64,000 nucleotides of DNA from Psammoneis japonica (lineage: Eukaryota), in NCBI GenBank assembly GCA_008632985.1, contig QPGO01000101.1, positions 62,001-126,000 on the forward strand, given 5' to 3'. The notes beneath the pieces are model-generated. The model had not been told where the DNA came from. It saw only the letters and a list, made by a program, of their open reading frames with translations, and ran no database searches. The first letter of the stretch is position 1; every line of letters starts with the position of its first letter. Shown one piece after another: positions 12,121 to 22,660 of this stretch. Made by a program: the position numbers and the translations under genes.

Positions 12121-13710
12121 ACTGCATTCTTGCGCTTTTGGATCGGCAGGCTGAGCAATCATGTCACAAAAGCTGCTGCAGTCATTCACATGGAACCAGA
12201 TGTGTGCATTGCCATCTCAAGAAAAGAGGGAGTCAGGACCATGATTTGGAACAAAGCCTGCATTCATGAGCTCCGCTGCTTCTTCCAGAGGAATTTGCAC
12301 CCAGCTGCAGCACCTCATCTCCAACTCAAGGCATTCTTTGGTGAGTTGTTTTCAACACGCCTTTGTGGCAGGCTTCTTGTGACCATCTGCATGAAAGCTT
12401 TTCAGCCTGAGAGTGTGCTTGAACCCAAGAAGACACATTCAACGCATCAATGTCAAAATGGAAAGTGCCTTGGCCCAAACTGTTTCAGAAATGAACTTTT
12501 GGCATCTTCCTCATCTTCAGCCAGCAGATTTGCCAATGGGCTCAACAGTTTGCTCAAATTTGTCATCATGTTCCACCACAACATTGCTCTTTGTGCTCAG
12601 CAGCAGTGCACAGGAATCATCTTCCGGTCAAGGAGCTCATTCAGATTGTGCGCCGCGCACCAAACAAGCACACTTTTGACTTCAAGATTGCTGCTAAAAA
12701 AGTTGGGAGTGTGGGTTTGCCTTGTTTGGCATTTTGAGGGAAGCAGTCTCCCACTTGCGCCAAATGCCGCTGCCAGTGCTGTGCAGCAAGTGCAAAATGC
12801 CATCTCCCCTGTCCTCATTGCAGCACGTCCACAGCACTCACCCCAAGTCATGTTGCCCTCAATCCCCCCCCCCCCCTGAGGTTGTCAAGTGCAGCCTGAA
12901 GCACTGCCATGATGCAAAGTGCACAATGCAAAATGGACACCTTTTCACAGTTGGTCTCTTGATTCTTGTTGTCCTGGTCAGGCAATGCTGTCTCACAGCC
13001 ACATGGATGATGGCTGACAACAGCGGGCAAAATGTCAACGTGATCTTGCACAACTGTCTTTGCATCAGTGTCATCTGGGTGAACCAAGGTTGGTGCAAAA
13101 ATGCTGCACACTTGAGGTGAGTCCCAATGGTTGCACTGAGGGCTGAGGCACAATTTGTCGCCCGACAAAATCCAGCTCTTCAACTGACGTGATCCAACCA
13201 TTGTCATTTTTCTTCAGAAAGACAAAGTTTCATCTTGCCTCATTGTGTTTTGTCACCTCAACTTTCTTCAGAAAGACAAAGCTTCTTCTTTGTTCATTGT
13301 GTTTTGTCACCATTGAGCATGTTTGGATCAGTGCCGGAAAATTCGGGCAGCATTTCAGCGCAATCACAAGTGAAGCTCTTCCAAATTTTTTCTCAACGGC
13401 TCACCACTTCACAGCCACACTTCTGCAGACTCATTGCCAGTTGCTGGTGGACAAAGGTGTTGATGTGACTTTCCAATGGTGATGAGAAGAAACATTTGTT
13501 GTGGTCATTTTCTGCCCTTCTCGAGGCCACATGAGCACTCCGTTTTGCACAGATTTGCCCCGCCGCCAGCAACAGTGCTGCTCTCTTTCCCAACATTTGA
13601 AACACCACCAGCATTCTTCTTTAACTCTCCACCCATGATTTGGAGCCCCTCGTTGTTGATGTCAAATTTTGCATTGCAGTGCTCTGCCCACAGATCTGCT
13701 GGCATCCCCG
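12120..13710 (-). mobile_element. Degenerate DNA-transposase N-terminal half (probably IS630/Tc1/mariner-related, DGHE-motif type)
   Basis: Minus strand reads R*MCLLGFKHTLRLKSFHADGHKKPATKAC*KQLTKECLELEMRCCSWVQIPLEEA. Reverting C/H to Y gives an LGFKY..R.K.FY.DGHEKP.T..YR....YL..E.R...W.Q pattern that I recognise from eukaryotic DDE transposases. The catalytic part is absent and no TIR was found. Confidence 0.55.
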
Positions 13711-14227
13711 CTGATTCTAAACTCGAGAATCCAAGAACAGCCGATGCATGTGTTTTGATGCAAATGATTTTCAGACATCAGAAATGATGGGTTTTTGCAC
13801 TTTGGCCCTCAGGGAGCTTCGCAGGTGGGTTGGTCAGGTGGGAGTGGGTCGCAGCGCTGAGAGCCAGGATTGCTCAAGAAGCTGCAAGCATCATCGTCGA
13901 GCGACCAGGCACGCATGTGACAATTCTCATGCTCATTGTTTTCCCCTCCAATGAAATGAACTTCAACTTGGTGACGTGTTGCACCACTTGCGTAGAAATC
14001 TACTCCAAATTTCTATGTAAAAAAGTCAATTCCAGAGAAGAAGCTAAAAAATGCGACAGACGCCGTCTTGTCTTCCGAAAATCGCCCCGCTGTCCAACGG
14101 CCTACCGCCTGCCGTACCGCTTCATCCCTAGAGAGAGTCTCGAGTGCACCGTTTTCATGCAACACCGTGAACACCTTCCATCTTGAATCTTCCTGTAGAC
14201 TAAAACACAGGTCCCTGTATGCCGACT

Positions 14228-14704
14228 ATGAAGTTTGCTTTCTCCCTCATCCTCGCCCCCCTCGCCCTCTCTGGTGGACAGCTCACTTCCGCTGACCCAA
14301 ACCTCCGCCGCAAGGCCAAAAAACACCGCAAGCTTTCAGGCTCTTCCTCTGGGTCTTCGTCTTCCTCTTCGTCTTCCTCCCTCGCCATTTGCAACTCCTG
14401 TCCCTGCTTCACCAAAACTGGTCCCGAGGGATGGGCAAATGCCCTGTCCTCCGTCAGCAGCGGCGATTGCTTGATTTCAAACCCGGGTCCCAATGGTGAT
14501 TCCGATTTTGCCATCCAACTGGGAGATGGGCGCCCTTGTCCATTTACCTTGTACAACAACGACGGCGGCTGTTGTGCATTAATCCCTTTAGACAACGCAA
14601 ATGAAGTTGACATTGATGGATTGGAAGGCCAGAGCTGCAGCGGTTGTCTCCTGGCCATTGCCGACCAGAATTCGTTGAGCGAGTGTCCTCCTCAGCACCA
14701 CTGA
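14228..14704 (+). CDS. Small secreted Cys-rich protein with RXL motif and Ser-rich tract, 158 aa
   Basis: Signal peptide MKFAFSLILAPLALSGG, basic pro-region NLRRKAKKHRKL, SGSSSGSSSSSSSSS, then a domain with 10 Cys. Lies in a TpA-retaining island. Confidence 0.8.
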   Translation: MKFAFSLILAPLALSGGQLTSADPNLRRKAKKHRKLSGSSSGSSSSSSSSSLAICNSCPCFTKTGPEGWANALSSVSSGDCLISNPGPNGDSDFAIQLGDGRPCPFTLYNNDGGCCALIPLDNANEVDIDGLEGQSCSGCLLAIADQNSLSECPPQHH

Positions 14705-14838
14705 TGTCGTTTCTTCGGGCAGAGCACAGGAACACATGTGAAAAGAGACAAAACCCAAAGAAAAATAAAAAGATGAGCCTTTGTGCCGACAAAATCCAGA
14801 AAAAAAAGACTTTGTGTGGATGCATGTCAGTAGATCTG

Positions 14839-15314
14839 ACTTCTACTTTCGATAACTTTACTACTCTAAAGTGCAAGTATTATCAATTTGTAGCCGATTC
14901 TTCAAAATGTCGAAACAGCGAGTCATCGTCTCCCCTGTACCAGCAGTTATTCAAGTTTTCGACTAGTTAACGCAGCACTGTGTCGCTTCTACTCTTTCGC
15001 TAAATTTACTACTCTAAAGTGCAAGTGTTATCAATTTGTAGCCGATTTTCCAAAATGTCAAAACAACAACGAGTCATCAGCTCCCCTCTACCGGGTACTA
15101 GTAGTTGTTCAAGTTTTCGAGTAGTGAACGAAGCGCTATGGTACTTCTACTTTCGATTAATTTGCTGTTCTAAAGTACGAGTATATGAGCAATTTGTAGC
15201 CGATTTTTCAAAATGTCAACCATTAAAATAGCTATATAGTAGTTGTTCAAGTTTTCGAGCAGTCAACGAAGAGCTATGTTACTTCTACTTTCGATAAATT
15301 TACTACTCTCAAGC
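14839..15314. repeat. Tandem repeat, ~140-158-bp unit, 3 full copies plus a partial fourth
   Basis: Units start (a/g)cttctact(ct)ttcg at 14839, 14985, 15143 and 15281. They share caatttgtagccgatt.t..aaaatgtc and ttcaagttttcga. Confidence 0.9.
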
Positions 15315-16222
15315 ATAGCTCCCCACTACTAGCATCTATCGATTCGATTCGAGTCAGTCTTCTTTTTCTCGCCATTGTGAGGTCACCAACTGCGCATCTC
15401 CATGAATCAATGCAGCAGTTGGCTCAAGCATCTGGAACCAATTCTCTCGACGCTGTGATTCGTCATTGTTCTAAACAATGATCTGAAGTCCAGAGCTTGC
15501 ATGAATTGATCACTGTGAAGATGTTCTTAGGGTGTAGACAACACTTGATTGACAAACAGCAACGAACTGTCAGGTAACTCTCGCATAAGCGGACTCACTT
15601 TGACGTCCAGGCGAACCATCCCTTCCACATTGGTGAGCTCCGTTCTCGGGATCAATCTTAAATGTTAGCCTCTCTTCTGTCCTGTTGTAGGTTCGGAATC
15701 TGGGTGCTATTCCACGTATTCGACCGCGCTGTATTCGATGAAACGTCCATTGTTCAACAATCCCAAAGGTCACACACACGCACAATGCCCATTGTAGGTG
15801 AGTGTGTGTGTCGAAGGCTACTCTCTCTAGTAGTAGTAGAGGTCCGTCGTTAGTGCTGCGTGGTTATGGAGCTGCGCAAGACGACACGCGTCGGCGGCAT
15901 TCCTGGATGATTCGTCATGGCGGAAGCAGAAAGCAGAAAGCAGATCATTCTGCGTGGTTTCGAGGCACAACGGTCGAAGGACATGCACAAGATGCGCGTT
16001 CCAAACATCACACACATTTGTGTGAAAAAAGCAAAATGCTCCGTCCTTGTTGTTTTGCGAGCCACAAACACCAGCCACACCACGACTGCCCGCACCTGTG
16101 GGTGCAGCAATGCAAGAGTCTTTGCCATTGTGCAACTTAACCATGTCAATGAAGGAACAACAACCCAACGATGGAGGAAGAGGCAACAAGCAGTGTTGTT
16201 GTTTTGTGTGGATGTGCGTGAA

Positions 16223-16286
16223 AACAACAACAACAACAACAACAGCAACAGCAACAACAACAATGACAACAACAACAACAACAACA
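16223..16286. repeat. (AAC)n microsatellite, imperfect
   Basis: aacaacaacaac... run with a few agc/atg interruptions. Confidence 0.9.
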
Positions 16287-16449
16287 TCTCATCACAGTGC
16301 TGTTCGCTGTGAACTCTCTCACACTCGCTCACACACTCTCCACATGCTGCTGTCTCTGTGTGCAACTCTCGACATTTTGCACAGGATGCTGCAGTCGCCA
16401 CCGCCGTCACTTCTCCCAACAACGCTGCCACCCCCCAAGGGTTGCTCTT

Positions 16450-19110
16450 GCAAAAAGAATGTGCTCAACATTTGCAGCCTTGTCAAAGGCAACTCAACTC
16501 TTGGGTGCTGGGTGTCAAAGCATTGACATGGCATCAACGCATCCAGCCAGGACATGCCGTTGGGGTCTTGTGGCAGAGATCAGAGCCAGGCCCTTCACAA
16601 CATTGCCAGGGCAAGAGCCAGAGCTGGCTGCTTTTGCAGAAGAAGAAGAAGGTTTGGCCAGCTTGCTGATTCCCAACAATGCAGGAATGTTGGAGGTGAG
16701 GGTGCAGCGTGCCTCCCTGGACAATGAAAGCATGCAGATTCTGCCACGGGAGGTGCCAGGTTAGAAGGAAAGAGGGCCTGCCTGGCCTTCTTGGTGGGGA
16801 TGGTGCCATCTTCATGCTTCCTTCTGAATTTGCACTTGGTTCTTGATTGATGCTCTTGTTCACAATCATCTTCCAAGCAGCCAACCCTCTGGTCTCACAC
16901 TCTGCAACAAAGTGTTGTGAGCTGCTTGCTGTGCCCAGGATGTGTGCCGGGCTGCTCCTTTGGACATGCTTCTCAAACTCTTGCTCTTCAACATGGAGTT
17001 GATTTTTGCTTTGTGCACATCCCAATGAGCAATGAAGTCCCATCCTTTGTCACACCAGGTCCTTCACATTGTTGAGTTTGTCTCCAAGACAGGCCTTTGC
17101 AGCAGCACCCTTGTTGGACCTGACTTGTTGTCACTCAACTCGTGTGTGACAAGAAATCTGTCAACAAGTGTGCTCCACTCCTTTCTGCTGGGCAAAATGG
17201 CCTTTAAAAAAATCTTCAAGAACCAACAACTTGTGCATCACTGTGCTTGTGCATCATCAGACGCATTGCAGCATGACCATTTGGAGACAAAGCAGGCACC
17301 ATGAATGTCATGCTGTGCTTGGTCATCAAGAATCAAGGCAAACAACAAGGCACTTGCCTGCAAAGGAGTTGTTGAGGAGGGTCCTTGCTGCCAGCAACAA
17401 TCTGGCACATGCACTCAACCATTGCCTTGATGTGTCATTGCAGTGTTGGAGGTCTTGACAATGCTGCCTCCTGTCTTGCCAGGTGTTTTGCAGAGAAATC
17501 TCTCCAGAGCTTTTTCCAAATTTTGGCAACAAAAAGAACAAGCCCACCTTTTTTTGTGGGCTCTCTCTCTTGATTGCCCCCCCAAAAACCACGAGCAATG
17601 ATGCAGGACCACACAACATGTGTCGAGACTTTCAAGAAAGATTTTCTTGCACCACAGTGTTGTTGTTGTTGTTGGCGCAGGCTGTGAATGACTTGGGCTG
17701 GCTGCACGGAAAAGAGCGCACACATGACAAAAGCTTTGGCTCTCTCTCCTGGAGAGAGGGCATGCTCAAACAACCACACTGCTTCTTGGAGGCACGCACT
17801 GCAACAACTGTGCTTTTTTTGAGAGCAATCAGCACAAAACATTCCATGTGTGTCATCATGACAAAATCAACATTTTTGTCAAAGCGCAACAAGAATGAGA
17901 GAAATCAACCTCGCTGTGTTTTTTTTTTTGAGGGGCAAACACCGTTTTGTGATTGCTGGTGGCTGTCAATTGGGGGGAAACCACTGCACAGAAGAATGCA
18001 TGTGCTGCACAGCAGCACACAATGACGCAATTGATGCTTTGCATTTCTTGGATGTGCTCTGCTGTTTTGTGAAGAATTGCATGGAAAAAGAGTGCCGCAC
18101 ACACGTGCAAAACAAAAATGCTGAAAAAAAAAAAAAGAGTCAGCAGCAGCAGGCCACCAGGCAGTGAGGAGAGAGAAACTGCAAAAAAGGGCATGAAGAA
18201 AATGTGTGTGTGTGTGTGTGTGTGTGTTGTTTTTTTTTTCCATGCTCACCATGATGGTGTGTGGAAATGGGTGCAGACACAGTGTGTCATGGATTCAGAG
18301 TCAAAGCCAAGTTTTTTTCATCTCCCCCCCCCCGAAGCATCATGATGAAACACAATTTGGACAAATTCCAAAAAACAAAGCAAAAACAGTTTGCCCCTGC
18401 AATTAAAAAAAGAAAGCTGTTGAAAAAAAGACAAACAAGAACAAAAAACACACAAGTGTGTGCACATGGTGGGTGCGAACACGCTGTTTTGCAGCAGCTC
18501 ATCATGTGTCGCACACTCCAAAATGATGGGGGCACACAACATCAACAATGAGTTTTGCACAAAAATTGATGTTTCAAAAAAGGAGAGAGAGAAAGCAGAG
18601 ACAAAATTTGCAAGAATGTGCCAGCACGCAATGTCACTGGCAACAACAACAACAACAACATCTAGAGCCCCCCCTTGTTCGCATGATGCATTCAGGACGG
18701 ACGACTGACAGAGACATGTTGCGACGCGTGGCGACGCGCACCTCATGTCGTGCGGTCACAAGATACGCGTTCCAAATATATATATTGATATACAGTTAAA
18801 AATAAATACTCCCCAACCGTCCGCACAGCCGCACAACAACACAACTAACGCAGCTACTGTATCATAGCACGAGGAGGAGTCATTGCTCTTTTGTAGTAAC
18901 CATGTCAACCACGGAACAACCTAACGATGATGATCTTGTCGATTATGACGAGGAAGAGGTGAGTATTTGTTGCTGTATGTGCATGGAAAAGGAGGCAGCA
19001 ACACATGTATCGTTGCAACAACATGGTACTACGTGCTCACATACACTTACACTCTCTACGTACAACTCTGGTACATTTTCTACACAGGACGCCGTCACAG
19101 CCGCCGAAAC
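16450..19110. repeat. Segmental duplication, copy B (direct copy of ~9560-12120)
   Basis: See copy A. The segment 16450-18750 is TpA-depleted, while 18760-19110 retains TpA and belongs to the intact UAP56 gene. Confidence 0.9.
18777..18792 (+). promoter_or_regulatory. TATA-like element upstream of UAP56
   Basis: tatatatattgatata about 110-125 bp upstream of the ATG, at the edge of a TpA-free tract. Confidence 0.45.
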
Positions 19111-20321
19111 CACCACTGCTACTTCTTCGCCCGATGGCAAAAGAAAAAAAGGGTCACTATGTTGGCATTCATGCTTCTGGTTTTAAAGATTTTCTTTGAA
19201 GCCGGAATGTTTACGGGCGGTTGTCGATTGTGGATTTGAACATCCCAGTGAAGTCCAGCATGAATGCATTCCTCAAGCTGTACTCGGCATGGACGTCGTC
19301 TGTCAAGCGAAATCGGGCATGGGCAAAACAGCTGTTTTCGTTTTGGCGACTCTTCATCAACTCAACCTAGAAGCGACAGACGTTCAAGTGTTGGTCTTGT
19401 GTCATACACGTGAATTGGCGTTTCAAATTGCCCATGAATACGAACGTTTTTCGAAATATCTTCCGAGTTGCAAGACGGCTGTCTTTTATGGTGGTGTTCA
19501 CATTCGTACCAATCGTGACATTTTGAAAAACGATACTCCCCACGTGGTTGTCGGCACGCCCGGACGGATTTTGGGACTGTGTCGAGAAAAGTCTCTCAAT
19601 TTGAGCAATTAAACACTTTGTCTTGGATGAGTGTGATAAATTGTTGGAGAGTTTGGATATGCGCCGTGATGTTCAAGAAATCTTCAAGGAAACCCCGCAT
19701 GACAAGCAGTGCATGCTGTTTAGTGCTACTCTTTCCAAAGAGATTCGTCCCGTGTGTCGTAAATTTTGTCAAGATCCCATGGAAATTTATGTCGATGATG
19801 ATACCAAATTGACCTTGCATGGACTTCAGTTGTATTATAGCAAATTGGCCGAATCGGAAAAGAATCGGAAACTCAATGATTTGCTCGATATGCTGGAATT
19901 CAATCAAGTGGTCATTTTTGTCTCCAAAGTGGCCCGTGCCAAGGAACTGAATCGGTTGCTCGTGGAATGCAACTTTCCGTCCATTTGCATTCATGCTGGA
20001 CTTAGTCAGAAGGAACGCATTGCCAAGTACAAGTCCTTCAAGGATTTTCAAGCACGCATCTTGGTTTCTACCGACTTGTTTGGACGCGGCATTGACATTG
20101 AACGCGTCAATGTTGTGATTAATTATGACTTTCCGGATGACAGTGATCAATTCTTGCACCGTGTCGGACGTGCGGGACGATTTGGAACCAAGGGAATTGC
20201 CATTTCCTTTGTCTCGTCAACACAAGATGAAGAAATTTTGGGAAAAGTGCAATCGAGGTTTGAAGTCAATATTCCCGAATTGCCCGATGAAATTGATGTG
20301 TCGAGTTATATGAGTACGTAA
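18902..20321 (+). CDS. UAP56: DECD-box RNA helicase UAP56/SUB2/DDX39; exon 1 18902-18958, intron 18959-19087, exon 2 19088-20321 (three homopolymer indels in the assembly)
   Basis: Diagnostic peptides [71 protein letters not shown] and [13 protein letters not shown]. Intron gtgagt...acacag. Frame breaks near 19140, 19195 and 19608. Confidence 0.95.
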
Positions 20322-21599
20322 TATTGAGAATTGGATATGGCGGCGTTGGAACTATGGATGGAATGAGTCGAGTTGTTGTTTTTGGTGGTGCTAGTGTATA
20401 TGCGACGTTGGAGGAGAATAGTGGTGTGTGAAGAGAGCCGGGAATTGGATATGGTGCTTGGAAAAGGGGTGAAGAGAGCCGGGAATTGGATTGGAAAACG
20501 ACAGTGAGGTGGTGCATGGGGAAAAAGAGACTGTAGTAGTATTGTGTGTATTATTTGTGCATGGGAAAAGAAAGAAAAAAGGTTTTACACTTGAGAGAGA
20601 AAGTATAGAACAATGGTTGCAAGTGTATGTATGGTTTTCGTCTCTGGTAGAGAGTTATTATTGTGGAGAGTAGCAAATTGAAAATAACGACAGTTGTTGG
20701 AGGAATGAGTGGCGAGTTTTGCGCATGTCCCTGGTTGCGCTTTTGTGCAACAGTGCACGATTTTTGGGTCACAGTCATTTTGCGGTCATTCTCATTCCGC
20801 AACAAGGCGACTTTCATGAACAGCAATGTGTGCATTTTGCTGGTTGTCCTGTGGAAGCCACCTCTCGTTGTTCGACAACACTGTGAAACTTCCAGAGATG
20901 CAATTGTCAAAGCAGGCTTGCACTGGTTGGGTGTGGTTGGGTGTGTGGTCAGGTGTCAAATGACCAGCTGGCTCTGTCAACAGACGGCACAACAAAAACG
21001 GTCTCAAGCAGCCAGGGTGTGCAAACCAGGGGCACAATGACAGTTCCCAGGGACTTGGGTGCATCATTGGAAAAAGACAAAAGAGTGGACAAAACTGGAG
21101 AACATGCGGCATGTTGAGGGAAAGAATCTGCAATCCAGCGGCAGCGACAGCAGCAGCGTGCATGTTTGTGTGTGGGAAGTTTTGCACTCTCAAGGAAATG
21201 AACAAAGCTGGCATGGTGTTTTGCTTTAAGCGTGTGAATTTCAGAACATTTCTGTGGAGCAGCAGCTTTTTTCTCTGTGCAGCATCATTGCTGTGCACTG
21301 CTTTGTTGCTCACACTTTTTTCTCTCTGTTGTTTTTTTTTGTGGCAATCAACGGCATCACCCTCAACAGCTGAAAGAAGTGATGAGCAGAGCATGCCAAA
21401 TTTGTGCTCTCACACAAGCTGGGAACTGCACTGAGCATTTGGCTGTCCAACGCACCTGGATTGCGGGGCTTGCTTTCTTGTTTTGTCTCTCTTTTGCTCC
21501 TCAGCTGGCACACACATTTGTGACTGAGACAAGCTCCACGACTCTGCCGTTGACCAAGAGTCAATGTGGAGATGACTGGCTCAGAAGAGCAAGTTCAAA

Positions 21600-22660
21600 A
21601 GTGTGACAAAGTTTCTGCCACACTGGCGTCATGCTGCAAGAGAGAAGGCAGAAATGGTTGAAGTTGACAAGGTGAAAAGGAGCTCAAGGTTCCCAAGAAG
21701 AGCAGCTGTGGAAACAGCCCAAAAGGCAACTGGGAACAAGGCTGCCAACATGTGTTGCCGGGTGCTGCCAAGAAGGAGCAAAGAGCATTTCTTGCAATGT
21801 TGCCAAAGCAAGCCACAGAAATGTGCAGACTTGATTTCTTTCACCGCAGCGCACAACCGACCACTCCTGGTTTGTGCCATCTGTTTTTGGGTGGTTTGCA
21901 AAAGCCAGGAAGAAAGTGGCAATGCCATCTGCTTTTTGTGGCTGTTGGGCACATTGCAACTTCATTGGTGAGTGCATGCTTCGACACACAACAGGTGTCT
22001 TTTTGTGTGTGAATGTGTGCAGTGTGTCAGCCAACTGAGAAGTCTTGTGTGTGTTGCTTTGCCAAAGACATCACAGGCAGCCACCAGCTCTGGAGACAGG
22101 ATGACATGGTGGTGTGTCACCAGGTGGAAGAAGAAAAAGCATCACTGTGGCTCTGAAACACAAAAACAAGAAATCAGCCAACACACACATTTGCTGGGAA
22201 GGGAGGCACACTTTCTGTGTTGTTTCTTTCACCAGAGGTGAGGAGTGCGTTTTTGTTCATGAGATTCAGTGATTTGCAGCACAAGAAAATTCTGCTCAGA
22301 CACATTTTGCAAGTGTTTCGGACTGCAGGGCCAGCACTTTTTTTTCAAAAAAAAAACCAAGACAACGACATTGAAAGTTTGATTGCAGCGGGATTTTTTT
22401 TCTCCAGATCAATCAAACATGAGGATGCAGAGTCAATTGAAACATTGCAGCTGGGAGGTGGCATGGATTCGGTCGCATCAAGAGAGCAGCAGATGGGTTT
22501 TGCATGAAATTGCAAATTTTGTCTTGTCGCTCACGTGTCACTGCAATCAATTGTTTTTGTTCCGCATGCAATCCAACTCCACGTCAACACGCCATTCGCA
22601 CACACAACCCAGCCAAGCACACACATTGATGAATCCCATCCACATCCCATCCACACATGC
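21600..22660. repeat. Diverged direct duplication of ~23580-24595, including the 3' flank of the neighbouring gene
   Basis: gttgggcacattgca.cttcattgg at ~21944 and ~24151. aaattgcaaattttgtcttg...ctgcaatcaatt...ccatccacacatgcac (22507-22661) versus aaattgtaattttgtcttg...ctacaatcgatt...ccatccacacatgtat (24418-24584). Confidence 0.7.

Noticed and set aside
4300..13980. Dozens of 60-400-aa ORFs (e.g. 6258-7472, 11977-12879) as genes
   Set aside because: They are Tyr-free, Cys/His/Val-rich, overlap in all frames and have no recognisable domains. Loss of TAA/TAG explains them. The same applies to the other depleted tracts.
14839..15314. CRISPR array
   Set aside because: The units are similar along their whole length with no unique spacers, there are no cas genes, and the context is eukaryotic.
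15330..15790. Possible small spliced gene on the minus strand (gtgagt...cacag near 15600-15515)
   Set aside because: It lies in a TpA-retaining island, but I could not build a convincing start-to-stop model or recognise a product.
15917..16312. Poly-Asn/poly-Thr/poly-Leu ORFs
   Set aside because: These are translations of the (AAC)n microsatellite in eroded DNA.
19130..19615. Programmed ribosomal frameshifting or pseudogenisation of UAP56
   Set aside because: Three separate indels all lie in homopolymer runs of an otherwise conserved gene, so assembly error is simpler.
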